The notes under the pieces are model-generated. The model saw only the letters and a program-made list of their open reading frames with translations, did no database searches and had not been told where the DNA came from. From positions 1-61,151 of the forward strand of contig MEDY01000295.1 of the NCBI GenBank assembly GCA_001724265.1: 61,151 nucleotides of DNA. The letters run 5' to 3'. Shown piece by piece: positions 24,301 to 39,300 of this stretch. Numbering within the stretch: the stretch's first letter is position 1; every line of letters begins with the position of its first letter. Source of the DNA: Rhizaria sp. SCN 62-66. Its lineage: Eukaryota. Position numbers and translations under genes: made by a program.

Positions 24301-27300
24301 ATCACGGCAGGATTCAGCTCTGTCTCAACTGAGCAACTCATAGCAATGTCAATTGCCAGCGTTGTGGCGTTGAATGTAAATTCAAATGCACCATACGTTA
24401 AATTCTCAAACGCAACAGTGTCAGCAAGAAGGCGGAATGCACATGTGGGCTGTGGACCGACCAGAGAGTCAGCCAGAACATCAACAAAAAGCGTAGTACT
24501 TTCGGCGGCGTACGGCGCAAGGGCAACTGTAAACACCCAGTCGCGGTTGGCCACAATCTCACCTGTAAAGGCTAGATTTGATTCAACCTGCTCTGTCGAA
24601 AATAAGATCGATCCGCGCACGTGCAGCGGCAGTGATAGTACAGGGAGGTGAACGTTACCTGAGGTTACTTCAGCCAGTAACATCACTGTCGATGCTGTTG
24701 TGTAGCTGCACGATGGATAAATTGTAGAAACGGCGTCTCCAAGGACAAACAGAACGTTAACAGTGGATGAAAATGTGGGAACACCTGTGTCAGAGTAGAT
24801 CATGAAACCACACATGCCAATCATGCTGGTAAAGCTTATACGGACTGTTGTCATTGACAAAACGGCAGGAATCATACGTAAGCGTACGCTTGTTACGTTG
24901 GTGTTCGGTGTGCGCATGTAGTAGGGACTTAACAGAGCTGCACTGCCAGACGGTGCAACAAGGAGCTCAAAATTGTCGCGAGAGTCTAAATCTGTGATCT
25001 CCCGATCAGCACCAAAATTTGTAGCGGGCATTACATAGTCAAAGGCCATGAGGCCGTAGACGGGCACGGGGCCAATTGCTGAACCCTTGTAGGCGTTGCT
25101 ACTGATAGTGATGTGTGAGCCGACGCTATGTGTGCGGCGGCACATCATGTTGGCAGTGAAGCTCTCAATAGTATTGATCTGCACAAACACTGGTTCGCGT
25201 GTGTATAATCCAGTACCGCGCAGCTGGAACACGCAGTCTGCAGGAGTCGTGAGCTGTGATATCATTACAGTCTGTGTTGCCGTTGGCGTCGGAGCAAACT
25301 GAGCTACCACGGTGTAGATTTGGCCAACGACAAAGCTGGTGTGCGCTTCAATCGGTTGGTTGTTAATAGTAAACACTAGGTCGCCCTTTGTCTGCAGCGC
25401 TGCTGACTTGACGTCTTGGTAGTAAACACCTGAGCCTGTGGCAAACTGGGCAATAACTTGTGGTGGCTCGAAGGCAGGAGAGTTGCATTTGATATTGACC
25501 GTGTAACTGGCAGTGGTTGCAGTTATTACAGCTGAGCCTGACTCATCGTTGAATTCCAAAAAAATACATTCCGCAGTCGGATTACTAAAAGAGAGCTCCA
25601 AAACAGCAGCTGTCGGTAGTGCAGGGGAAAAGGCAAAGTGCAGCGGCGTCACATCGGAAAGGGGGAACTCGACAATCAACTCTGGGTCAGTAAGAACAAG
25701 AGGACCTTCAGCCGTAATTGCAGTGAGCGAAATCCGGCCTATCAAACGGAGCCGCTGCACGCGCCACGTTGCGTTTCCAAGAGTTGTCCGTGTCTTAAGG
25801 ATCTCCGAGAACCGCATTTGAGAGCACGCAAAGATAAACGTCAGATATCCGGTTGCAGCGTCCGTCGTGACGACCTCATGTGTGATGTTTGTCTTCGCTG
25901 CGTCTCCTCCAAAAAAGCATGGACCAATATCCGAGTAGTCCAGAGTCACAGTTGCGTTGACCGTTCGGACTGCAGGGAAAGTCCACTCAAGTCGAAGCGT
26001 GACTGGAAGTGAGTCAAAAAAATACTTGTACGGCGCCGGTTCGTCGAAAGCGGCACCTGTAAGCACATTAGGTCCGCGCTCTGGATCGTAGACGTGTGCT
26101 CGAGGCTGTAGCGCGACACGGAATGTGTCCGGATGCGTCACCAGTCGAGGTGGGTACAGGAACGACTCTGCATAACGCGAGGCCGTGATATCAATCGGAC
26201 CATCTGCAATAGCTGCCGAAGAGCACATAAACAGAACAGTGTGACGTTCATCAGCCAAGAGGCTAAATCGGTATATAATCGACTCTAAAAGAAGACCATC
26301 AGTGAGGGCATTTGTAAAAGCGACTTCAGTCCGGATGGTGTCGATTTCCATAAGATTATATGCATAACCAAACGCACAACCAGAGCCCGCGGTGTGCTGA
26401 AAGAGATTTGTGGTATAACGTTCGATTTGGGCAGAGATAGAAACTTCAACGTAGATTGGCGTAAACACTGGGATCGTATTAAAGCTTAAAGCAATAGGAG
26501 AGTATGCGCTCACAAGCCGTAACGACGACGAAACCCAAGCCACTATGGGATTGTCAATAATGTTGTAAGATCCGTCGTTTGCCGGATACGAAAGCAGAAG
26601 CGCAACATTCTCGCTTGGTGCAATTGACTCGGTACAGACCATGAAAATGTCGAACAGTGTCAGAAGAAAGCGTGCAAGGCACAACCAACGGCAATAAGTT
26701 GCGCGTAAGCTCAACGGTAACGGGTCGAGCAGATGCAAATGTTGGTTGCGCAGCAATTGTGACCATACGCGTTTGTGGAGCACCTGTAATTTCAAACTCA
26801 AACGGAACCGGCATCGCCGGTGTTGCAAAAATGTTGCCAGTAATAATGCGCGCAGGTAATTGAACATCGACAAAACCTTGATCAACTGAAACTGCAAGCA
26901 TGGGAACTAAGCTTGTGTTCGTGGGGGTTGTGCAAGACATTCGCGCAATTAGGATCGAGTTACCTTCAATACGCGCCGCGTCTGCAGGCAGCGTAATTGG
27001 AACCGCGAGAGTTGCGACGGCAGCGCCAGTGTGTCCTACAGCGCCAACGTACGTGCAGCCAGCCAGTGAATGAGAGACTGACAGCGTGACAGCAGTTGAG
27101 TCTAGCAGAGGAACATCAAAGTGCAGCGTAATGTCAACATCGGTGCCGGCAGGATAAGCAGCTGGCGCAGAGTCAACAATCGCACCAACGCGAATCGTGG
27201 CCAATAGCGTAAATGTTGGCCGGACGTGCAGCGGACCGGGAAGCAAAAATTTGTCGTCAGATGTGTGCCCCAGAGCAAGCGATCCCACCCATGAGGTAAG

Positions 27301-30300
27301 CTCGACGCGAACCGGGTTAGTAAGCCCAGTTGCCTCTGTGCAAAAAATGATGAAGGGATCGGACAAACCGCTGCCAGCAACAATCGTCGTAAGCGTCTCG
27401 GGTCCGCTGTCAATCAAGCAAGGAGCCGCATTTCCATCTTCAAGAATCAGGCGTACGCGATAGATTTGCGTCTTCGCAAGTGCTGACTCGTCTAAAAGAA
27501 CCAGGGGCTCAGTTGACATGGCATGCAGATAAAGCAAGACTACTTGCGTGCTTGCGGTGGCTAACTGCAAATTCCATGGGAACGGGTCAGGAATTTGCGG
27601 CTTTGCTGCTGACCGCACCATTTCTGTGTACGTTGCTACGGGCAGAGCAATTCCTGACCAGGCTGGCGTAATACTGCCGGTATATGTCCATGTCATTGCT
27701 GTGGGATCTATGGGGTCAACCCAATGTGAACACGCAATAGTGGGTTGTAGTTCATTGTCTGCCTCAATGGACGGGTTAGAGGCATTGACCACTGTAACTT
27801 GCCATATACCGTTCGCTGAACTGATACCGCCTGTGATGGTAAATGTAAGTTCGTTAAGCGATGAATTTATGCTTGCCACAACACCATTCGTAGAAGCAGG
27901 CATTGACACAAGTTCGACAGAGGTAACCAAGGTGAAAGAAGATGATTGAGGACCCCAAACAGTGCACACGACATCTGAGTCTGGCATTGGGAAAGACTGC
28001 AGAGGAAACGCCAGAGTCAAGGTCGTCAGCCCACCACGCGTCATATCACTAACCGTCACTGTTGTAGGTGTCTCGTCAACGGAACGCAAGAACTCAATAA
28101 CCGGCGTCTCACTCGGATTGAGCGCACCCATGACCGCAAGATACGCGCCATGCTGGGTGTAAGACATGCTAATTACCCGTGCAAAACCAGTTTCCCGCGC
28201 GTAGTAATATACGACGTCACTATCTCTGGTGCTGTAAGGATCGGCAATGTCGGCCTTGCGATAGTCGCGGCTGGGAGATTTCGTTATACGAACCATTGAA
28301 CCTAAGGTTTGGTCACTGCGCAGCAGGAGATTTGCTAAATCCGTGTTCGCAAGGATGCGTACAGCCACAAGTGAGCCCGTGTCAGCGCAAGCGGCAGTAA
28401 GCATGGTGCCTGAAGGATGGACAGCAAGTGCGGAGACCGGACAAACGGTGTGAAGCGAGCGCACAGAGTTCATAGTGTATGTCACAACGCCAAATATGAC
28501 GGCAAAACGCAGCGTAACAATGTCTCCTTCCGCTGTGCCAATGTAAATCTGACCAGAAGATGCATCCAACGCAGCTGCCGTTGGAGTGACTAACCCCCCC
28601 TCGGAGGTTGTCAACGTTTCAGTCGCGGAGCCAAACCCTGAGCACGTGAGGCCGAAATCGTCGACTGTCGGGTCGTCTGTTGCGCGGTTTGGCACAGCGA
28701 GCTTTTCGCGGATAGAAGCAGCGCAAATGCGGACAACACCAGAAGAATAAACGAATACAATGCGGGTGGTCGGAGATGTCTTAAGCGTGAGCTCGGTTGG
28801 CGAAGTCCAGTCTAGAACGGCAACCAGCTCGTCACCGGCAATTGGGCTAGCGAAGCTAATGGGAGTCTGCATGCGGGTCAGTAGCTCGCGAGTTAGCACA
28901 TTTGCGGCACCTGAGGCGCGCAGCGTACGCGGATTAAGCCGGGCCAAAAGCACAACCTCCTTATCGTCATTGTATACAATAACGAGAGCGCCAGTGATTT
29001 CAGCCGAGGATACAATGTACATGTGCGCTGCACCGCCGCCAATGCGAAACTCAAAGAGATCAGGATCAAACGGCAAGTCGACATACCACTTTGCGTGATC
29101 TACTGGGAGTGGCTTAGATGCAGAAAGGGTAAAAAAGCGCATTGCACCAACTCGCGTGCCTGTCGGGGTTTCAGGGACGAGACTCACGAACGTTCCCTGG
29201 AAGCCATATGCTGCAGCGTGCGTTGGTACAGGGGCGGCGCGTGTATTGTCTTGCACCGTCCAATCACCCGTAATTGTGGTTGACTTGTAGGCGTACTCAT
29301 AGCATCCACGATGGTAGCTTGAGAAAGCGTAACAAAAGGCGTATTGCGAGTTAGCATTCCAGCTAACCTTAACACCTGACGGAGGTAAGTACCGGAGCGG
29401 CGCGCGGTGAGAGTAACCAAAATGACCTGTTGGGCGCGGCGCTGGTCTCCTATACGCATATGGTGCAGCAGTTACAGATGCAGTCGCGGATCGTGTAGCT
29501 GAAAGTGCGCTGGTAGTCAAGGCTGGGTCAACACTGTCGGCGGTGGACATTATACCGATAAGATCAATACGAAGCACAACTGAGCTCGGATATATTGAAG
29601 GTAATTGTGGAGTGCATGTTATCGTTGTGGTCGGTGTGCCGATAGTGCAAGTTGCTGCGTAGGTCTGAGCAGAGTTGTGTGCGGTCACGGTGGCTGTTTG
29701 CGAGGTCATTTGGAAGTAGGGCTGCGTAAACGTCCATGTTGCGGCACTGTGAGTGGAGTCTGGCGAGGCAAAGACGATGCTCATAATGCCCGTTTCGCCC
29801 ATAACAGGGTTGCTGAACTCGATAGCGATGACTGTCGGTGTGGAGCCACCAAACCAACTTGTCTCCGGAAAAGACGTGTCTCCCATGCCCAGCAGAAAGC
29901 CATCACCACTGGCGCGAGAGACAACGCGAAGAGGGTTATTAACGCTAATACTGGAGGAGTTACTCAAACTGCCGAATTCACCATAGGCAAGATCGCGTGT
30001 GTACGGGGATATTGTGTCGTACAATGGGGCGGTCAACAGGAACGTAGCGGGCACGGTCATAGTCGTTCTGAACGCAGTGCTTGTCGCAACTGATAGTGTG
30101 GTGTAAGAGCCCACAACGGCACCAGGAGTTGTCATTGCAATGGTCTCACTGTTTAGAAGAAACTCGTGCGTCTCGCCACTGCGGGCATAGCTTACAGTGA
30201 TATCAACGGATGAGCGTGCCGTTACTGTAGGGCTTAGCACAGGCATTGCGCGAAGCGTGCGCCACAGAGCCGGATCACCAATAGCAATGAAGAACGTCTC

Positions 30301-33300
30301 GCGGTCAGGAGACGCTATGATGGAAGGGATGCTGAGATGGGTGGCAGCAGTAGACCCCGATGGAAGCACAAAGTCAACCTTGGTGTGAATGCTGCTACTC
30401 TCATACTGGGGCGTGTCGCTAATGCGCGACAACACCGTAATATAGCCGTATTTTGCAAGTACTTGATCGACAGCACCCGCCCGGAGCAACACAATTTGGT
30501 TCTCGAATGAAGTAAATTTCATGTCAATAATAGGCTCACCAGGAACAACGGCTGCGAGGATGGCTGTGTTGCTAACGCCGGAAACCATAGAGATCTCGCT
30601 TATCAAGGGTTGGTCCTTTGTATCAATCCTTGTAGCAACAGCTAAGCACTCTTCCGGGCCGACTCCCGTTTGCGCACCAAAGCACATGTCAACGGCAGTG
30701 ATTGTAGCACCTGGTCGCGAGTCATTATAAACGGTTGAGAGCTCGAATATTGTCGTCTGCTGATCGCGCTTCAGAAGTTTGCACGTGCTTCCCAAGGATA
30801 AGGATCCGGGCTTGCTAATTCGCAAGCAAGCAACAAAGCCAAATGCGGCCTGTGAACTCGCAAAGGCAGTGATGACACTAAACTCGTTAAAAAGAATCTG
30901 TGTGCTCAGAAAGCTTAACGTGTTATCATTAGACAGTGCATATGTGACTATCGATGGCCCAACAGGGACCAGGACAACCGCAGACGCAGTGTTGCGCAAA
31001 TGCCAGCCGTTGATAGCAGGAGCAAAAACTGGAAGCTCTGTTGCTGCCAGCCCCGTGGACACTGTTGTTTGTTGAAACGGGAGCGCAACGTCGCACGTAA
31101 TGTGTCCAATGGTAAAGCTAGCGCCAACAACAACGAGCAGTGTGTTGTCGATGTTAACAAAAACAGTGCGGTCATCGGGCGCTACAGTCATCGCGTAGCG
31201 CGCGCCCTTGGGCAGGTCAGCAATCTTACTCCACCCCGTCCCCTGCAGTTGATATGACGTGTAAGGCGAGGACGCGTCACTATACTTATCGAGCGTCAGA
31301 GAAGTCATATAAAGCGCATTGTTGGCAACCGAATAAATCACGCTCATGCTCGGCGAAAGTGCAGTTGCAGAGATCTGTACAAGGGGTGCAAATGAAGACA
31401 TTTTTGGTGCACCCATGTACAGACTCCGCGGCAGGATGCGGTTGCGAGGCGGAGGTGGCGCATAGGTGATAAGAAACTCTCCCGACACCGCCGTAAGCGC
31501 TGTGTCCATATACCACGCAGCAAACAGCGCAGGTCTTAGACTACTATCAGCAGTCGTTATGTCGTGTGAGATACCACTGATCAGCATTGTGACAACATAT
31601 GTTGTCTGCTTTAATCCTGATGCAGCCGAAGTACAAGCGCAACGCGCTGGAAGCACGGCCCCCAATAACTCTGGTGACGACAATGGATCCCCATGAACAG
31701 ACGCGCCGTTGAACTCAACAAGAGCCTCTGTAAGCCTAACTGAAGAACATGTTTTCATCAAGAGCGTTGATGTCTCCCACTGGTCAAGCGAGGAAACACC
31801 GCGAGTGTGAAAAGCCACTGTAGTTCCAAGCGAAGTCGTCGTCCCAGTCGGCAGCGAGAAACAAAAGGACGTCTCTTCAGCGGAAGGCACCGCGTTAACC
31901 TTAAACGAAACTGCGAGCGCAAAGCTCTCACCAAGACCAACGTATCCATCGCCTTGAACTGCTGCATTGGCGGCAAGATACACCGGCGCGACAGTACTAA
32001 ACTTACGGTCGGTTGCGAGGTAGCGGTACGGCCCGGTCGTTGACATAGAAAGATTGGCTGTGGGCACAAAGGACATGCGCGACTCGGGTTTTGGCTTTGC
32101 GGGAAGCAGCACGAAAGGTGCATTTGTTAGTGTCCCGCTGAAGAGGAAACGGTTTAGCCGAGTTTTTGTTGGAGATACAGCACGCATTATCATTATGACA
32201 TTGCTTTGCGTTGCAAGTAAATCACGGTAGCTAGAGTCCTCTGTGTAAAAGACATTGGTTGTGAGAAGCGTACACACAACACCCGCTGCGACAGCGTCAT
32301 CGCTGTACTTCAGCACATACTGAAACCCTAGTGCTTGCTTCGTCTTTGCATACGTGCTATTTGTAACGCCGTGAGCAAAAAGATCAAACACAGGCGTTGT
32401 CTGTGTCAAGGCAGACCCCGTGCCACACGTAAGCGTGGTTGTCGCCGTAGGTGACAAGAAAAGCAGTGATTGCTCGTGCATAACGCCTGTTAGCACCGGC
32501 ATCAATGGAAACATGACATAAAGCACCGCAAAAACACTCCCCGATGTCGGCATGAATACAGACTCCTGCGCGGCAAATGTGGCCTGAAATGAGAACGCAC
32601 GCCCATACGTCCCGCCGTGCGCAATCTTGCGTAGTGTGAAAGACACAGTCATCGGCACAGCAAAATCAGTGCGCAGTGCAAGAGGGACGGTACTCTTGGC
32701 AATCGCAGTTTCGGCTGTCGCAGTCCGATCGAGACAAACCGTTAAGGTTGCCGTGGGCGAATCAACCAACCGATCAATATCGATGGTGGAGTTACGGCGA
32801 ACTATAATGAACGATTTTTCTGCTGGCCATCCTTTTGTGAACTGAATCCAGGCCTCACCTGTCGCTAAGTCAACCCCGGTTGAGCCCATATTGGAGTTGG
32901 TATAAGACACCAACGTGTCCGGTGAAAGAACGATAAGCTGCAGTGCATCTGCAATATTGGCCCATGACATAGTCAGTGTAAGAAAGTAGTTTGGTGGAAT
33001 TGGCATTGCAGGCGTGACCAAGATCCCCATGTCAAGAGCAGCGGTGACAAGCGCAACAGGAAAGTCGCCACTTTGGGGCGCCAAACTCTGACCGGCATCA
33101 GCCCACTGTGGATACCAATACATCGAGTGCATTATAGCGGCAACTGTGCCCAGCAAAAGTGGGTTGCTTTCGGTGCTAACCAAGACGGTTTTTGCGTACG
33201 CACACGACGCTCCGTTAAAGAAAACTTGGAACGCGACAGCAACAGTGACATTAGAAATACAAATCACGCCAGGAACGCTTACACTTTGTGATGAGTTGTT

Positions 33301-36300
33301 TGTGAGTTGTACTGCATATGTAGCCGTTGGAACATCCCACTCTCCAAAGCGCTGGTGAGTGTAAGCAGCAAGTCCTGTGTTTTGCAAAACGCGGAGCGTT
33401 GTCAGGAACGGAAAAAAAATGACACTACGGCCCGAAGGTCACCTCGATTAAGGCCTCACTCAGGAGTTCATTTGGCACAGTATCAAGAGTAGTTTCCAGC
33501 GTCAAGTACGAGCGCCCAGAAGCAGAGTGCAGTGTCGGAACTAATGTGGGCGCCACAACCATTGTTGCTGAACTCATCACTTGGAGTTCCGCAAAGTGTC
33601 TATAGCGGACAAGACTGTTTGGTGACACAATATCAAGCGTATACACTTCACCCGCCCGATAGCTTGCGGGAGCAGGAAACGTAATTACAAGCACCGCACT
33701 GACAGATTGCAAGCAGTAGTATTGCGATGGACTCGCTAGAGTCAGCTTGAGTGAGCGCAATGGGCTCAATGGAACCATCGTCAACGTGAGAGTATTCGTC
33801 CCCCCCGCAGTAAGCGGCACAGTCATCTTAATCGCGGCAGCGCTGAATGCAGCGAGCACGGCACCAGTTTGCATCGAAGGGGGAAATGTCAACACCATAT
33901 ACTCATCAGAATTAATCATCACATTGCCACCAGCGCACATGTCCGTTGGCGCAATGAGCGTGTGAACCAGATCTGTGGTTGTTGCAGCATTAAAGTATGA
34001 AGAAATGCTCCCGCGGATCACGTCAAAGCGCCCAGTATACAGCTGTTGACTTTTGTCGTTCAAGATCGTCATCTCAACCTCAGCGCGTTCAGATGTCGAG
34101 GTGCCAATTTCAGTGTTCTCAATAGTGAGCGTCAACAGATCGCCTGAGAGTGTACCACAAGAAAAAATAGGACAATTGATAGCGCGTAGCACGTCGGGTA
34201 GCGAGCTCTCGGTCGCAATGCAGACAAGGTCACAGCGATTTGACGACGAGTCTGTCAACGATGCCTCCACAGTCATTGTGGGCGGCGTCGTTGCGACAAA
34301 ACGTACCGTGGCAGATGCGCCTTGAAGCTTAATTTCTAGTCTCTGTGTTGCTGAGACTGCTGGGCTCCAATATGGTACGTTAATCACAGCGCGCAGCGGA
34401 CCATAGTTCTTTTCAGGTGTGAGTGAATGTGTCACGTCCGTTATTGAAGTTGGGTACGCACCAGCGGCAAAAGCTGGAATTACAGCTATTGCGCGCAGAG
34501 CAGTACTGGACATTAGCCGCAGCTCGAGTTGCTGCTCAATAATAAGATGACTGCAAGAGACTGTAACGCGCAGAGTCGTTGAGCTTGTACCTGCTGCAAA
34601 GCACGAAGTCAGAGGAACATTAGCACCTGCAGTCAGAGGTTTGCACAGCAAACTTATAGGCGTCGGTAACAAACGTTGAACGCTCTCAAGCACAACGTCA
34701 ATGGGGGTGTTGTGTGGTAATGCGTCGCGCGTAACTAAGGCAAGCTCCATGTCGGCTGCGACGTCGTTGATCGAAGTCCAGGTCATGTCACAAGTAATCA
34801 TGTAGCGAGTAGTTCCAACCGAGTGGGTGCACGATGTTGCTACCGAGTGCGCGGGTGTGTCTGAGAGAATCATCTGTTTTGTGGCATACGCAAAGGCAGT
34901 TGTGACGGCTACGGCCACTGCGCCATAACCAATGTTCATAAGCTTATGTTCATAGAGAGTCATTGCGGCAGACGTTGTGCGACTTCCCATAAGCTCCGCA
35001 ATCACAACCAGGCGGTCAGATAGCGCAGAGACAGCTACTTGCTTCACATCTACAGTCACCTTCATATTGATCATGCTTGCGACATATGGAATGACGATTA
35101 CACCCGTTGCGCCAACGGCCACAGGCGCACTTGCAGAGCCGGTTTCCACAAGCACACTGTACTGTGCAGAGCCGTAGCTGATACCAGTTAAAGGCAGTGT
35201 TAGAACAAAGTTCATGTCAAGATGAGCCATTGCTGTTTGTGTCGAAAAGAGTACAATGCTTAGAGCCCTCTCGTTTGTTCCGGAAACTGCAAATAACGCA
35301 CTAAAAATACTTAGGGGCGGTGTCGGCGCTTGCTGGGGCTCAAGAGCATCGGGAAGCACAGCGATTGGCACAAGCGTGACAATTTGTGCTGGCTCAGTCA
35401 TTGTCCGCGAAAGAATTGTCAGAGACTGCATTGGGTTTGCAGGACCTGAAGTAAATCTGCGTTCAAGCGGGAAACGCAACACGCAACCAGCTGTGGACGA
35501 GCACGCAGGTACTGCAGCCGTGACTTCGGTGGTAACGGTGACCGCGAATGATGATGATGGAATCTTTATAGCAGTAAATCCTGCAGTGGTGAGAGGAATA
35601 TCCGCCGGGTAGTCGTAGAATGTAAAGTCTCCAGTAGTCGGAAGAACAAAGTCAAAGCTTGGCATTCCCGTATACCAGAACATGTCAAAGAACGTAACCT
35701 GCAGGTGAAATGGTGCCGCAGTAAATACGTCAGTAGTGCGAGTACGGTCTACAGTAGCCTGTAACGGTGGAGGCGCTCCAACAGGGTAGAGCGGGGCACC
35801 TGAGGTGGTTGAGGCCTCGAATATAAGTTGGACGATAATACAATCAGGCGCAACGTATGCCGGGGAGTCGAAAGTAACAAGCTTTGTGGGGTCAAGCTCT
35901 AAATGAGAAAAGCCAAACGCAATCGGATATGAGGGCTCAAACGGGCCATCAGTGCATGTAACTGTCAGGACTGTAGCTGTGACACTTGCAAGCAAACAGC
36001 CCGATGTACCGGGATGAAAGACCGAGTTCACAAAGCTCGACTTCGGTGACACAGGACAAGTCGTGCTCTTTGCGCTCAGAGTAACTTTCACATCAATTGT
36101 CACAGTTGGAATGACGTTTGTGAGCACAGCACGAATGTCAAGCCGTGCGCGGTGCTGCGTCGCTGTCGAGTCACGCGTTAGTGTGGCGCCGTACATAAAC
36201 ACATTAGGCGGTGGGATTGAGCCGAGCTTGACATCTTGCAGCGGATGGTATGTTGTGACTGGTGCTTCGGTGCTAGTTAAGTTGAAGCAACTCTTGGGTA

Positions 36301-39300
36301 TAGTAAGTGTATCCTTAAAGGCGCTTTCATTTACATGCTCAAGAAAGTAAGCGTCAGCTATCCTAAATCCAATGTACTTGGGTTGAGGCGTTGGCATACA
36401 CGATGCGGGGACAGACATTGTGGTGAAACCGCCACTATACCGAGTGGTGCAAGTGCCACTGTCTTGATTGAGCAGATTGACTGGCAGGCCGCTGGTGTAG
36501 ACACCGCAGTCAGAGCCCAGCGAGAGTGTAAACTCGGCAACCGGCGATCGAAGTGGGAATACAAAAATGTGCAACGCTGTTGTCAGGTCTGTCATCGCCC
36601 AAGAGTGCGCGGCTAAAACTATGTGATACGCAAAGGGCAGCACACTTGTCGACAACGGGTTTGTCAGTGGCTGATCGAGGAATGCATTTGCAACTTCTGT
36701 AATAAGTCCGCCAAACATGTAGCTGGTATCAAGGGTAAACGTGAAGTCTGTGGTAGCAAAGGCGTTGAACTCATAAGGAACACTGAACTTGGCCAAAAAC
36801 GAAGTGAAGCAACGTTCTTCAAGAAGGCAGTCCGTTACTTTGCCAGAAACCGTGTTAGAGCATGTTTCTGAGATAGTTGGTGCATCAACCACCTGCGTTG
36901 ACAGAGCGTACGCATAGCTTGCAGTTAATAATAACACAGGGCGGAAGAAAAATATCTTGAAAAGATATGTCTGGTCTGTCATGGCCAACACAGTGGGAGG
37001 CTCTGTAGCGTTCGAAACTGTGGCTGAGGTAATTGTGGTGATTTGGTGAGAGATAACAACGGCTGGAGGGGAATTCTCAATTGTTTGCACATCCACATTA
37101 GTGTTCTGCTGCGGAATAACAACGGAAGCAACATTCATACCCGTCATGCCAGTTGACGCGGAGTAAGTCATGAACAGGTCGTTGTAATTAGCGTACGTGG
37201 TGCGCACGGGACCAAAGCGAATAACGCGCGGGACAAAGAAGAGATTGCCTGCACTCGTGACAGCGTCGCAACCACTTAAACAAAGCTCCGTCGCGCTGTT
37301 TGCCGTAACGGTGCAGGACAACGCTGTATATGAAGACATCGAAGGTTTGGTCACGATACCCGAGTTAAAGACAAGTGCTGGTGCAATCGTAGCCTGCGCA
37401 GTGAAGTTAATACCCCAGTCTGCTGAAAGCGCTTTATGCGGGAAGATAACAACTTCCCATGTGACGTCGATTGGAGCGGTTGCGTGCGTGGCCTCAGCTG
37501 GGTCCACAATGGATGCAAGGTTTGCGGTCACAGGATACCATGCAAAATCCAGGTCATGTGTAATGGCCTGATCGAGGGCAACTATAGATGTCCCGGCCTT
37601 AGCTAAAGTGCCGGTGGCGCTTGAAAAACCAAAACACTTTGCCGTGTCAAAAGGGTAATAGCTTGCTGCAGTCACATCGAATTCCACAAACGTCGCAGTG
37701 TAAGTGTTTGAGCGCTGACCTGCCGTAAAGCTAACTGCGCCTGTGCCAGCAGAAATTGTCAGGCCAGGGCAAACAGCGGTGAGAACAGAAGTGACAAAGT
37801 TGAATGCAACTGCTGTGGTGGGAGTTGTTGGATACGCGTAAAGGGCCAAAGACAACTTCAATAGCCGTGTAGCCATTGTCGCACCCTGGACAAGAACGCG
37901 GTCCGTTGAAGCCCAGTGATAGTAAAATGCAGGCGTTGACGTAATGCGCAGCACAATATTTGTCGCAAGCGCCGCACCAACAGTGGGGTTCGAAGGTGAG
38001 CGAAGAACAACAGCAGTTCGTAGCAAAACATACGGATCGTCGGCAACGACCCGCGATGCAGAATTGGCAAACGCTACAGTCATGCCTGTCACGGTGCACA
38101 TAAGCAGAGTTGACACACCCTGAGAAATTGTCTTAGTTGAGGTGAACAACAGCTGCGTTGGTGTTGGCGTTCCCGACACAACACAATCACCGGAAAGCGT
38201 CACCGCTGTAAAAATTAGTGAGTCTGAGATTGAAACTAACGAAAGCACGTCAGTAGTTGTCAGGGCTTCTGCACCTGTGATGGCAAACGTTCCTGAGACG
38301 GTTGTAATAACTTGCAGCGGATTCGATGCTGGCGTAATTGAAAATTCAGTCGCGGTGTACGTCACCTTGACGTACGGAATGTGGCCCAGTGAAACATCAT
38401 ACAAAGGATAGGTACTAGTCGGTGTGGCAGTGACAAGGCTAAAACAAGACGCGCTAAGAGTCTCGTTTGAGTAAAACGGCGAGTCTTCGGCATCGCTAAG
38501 AAAGTAGCCCGTGTCAATCTTGTAGGCCAAGTACTTTGGTTGCGGGGTTGGCATGCAACTTGTTGCCACTGAGACTGACGTGATCGTGGTTGGAGCGCAC
38601 GCGCCTTCAAGATTCTGATATGTCACCATCTTTCCAGTACCCTGATAAATGCCACAGTCACTGCGCACTTGAATTGTGCTTGTGTCGACAGATGTTGTAA
38701 GCGGAAAGATGTACAGTTGCAAAGTTGCTGTGAGATCTGTCCCAACCCAGACCCGATTTGTCAGACGCCACACCCAGTGTGTCCGTCGTAAATGCGTTGA
38801 CAGTCGCACTGCTGGCACCGCCAAGAGAGTACGTGTAAGTCATGGTAAAGACAAAGTTTTCCTTGTCGTATGAGGTTTTCTCGTAGGAGACAGTAAATGT
38901 GGAGCTAAACGAGACAGACATTTTAACAGTTCCTGACGCTTGGCACGTCACACTTCCGGCAACTAGAGTGGGGCATGTACCATTCGTTGTTGGCGTCCCC
39001 ACGTGAGCTGCCGAAGCACTGTACGAGTAACCAATCGTCGATGTTGTGATGGCTTTGAAGAAAAAAACCTTGAAAAAATAATTCTGGTTCGTGATCGCGG
39101 TCACCGTGGGTGTTGTTGTTGTCGGATCCTCAACGTTAGCCGAGACAACATCTTTTGTCCACAGCATTGGAACAATGTTTGGCAGAGACTGCTCGGCAAA
39201 AATACTGCCATCGGTCACGGCAGTATTTTGCTGCACAATACCAGCCTTTATGCTGTGCGTAGCAAGTACACCAGGATCTGCCGCATAAGACTGAAACACA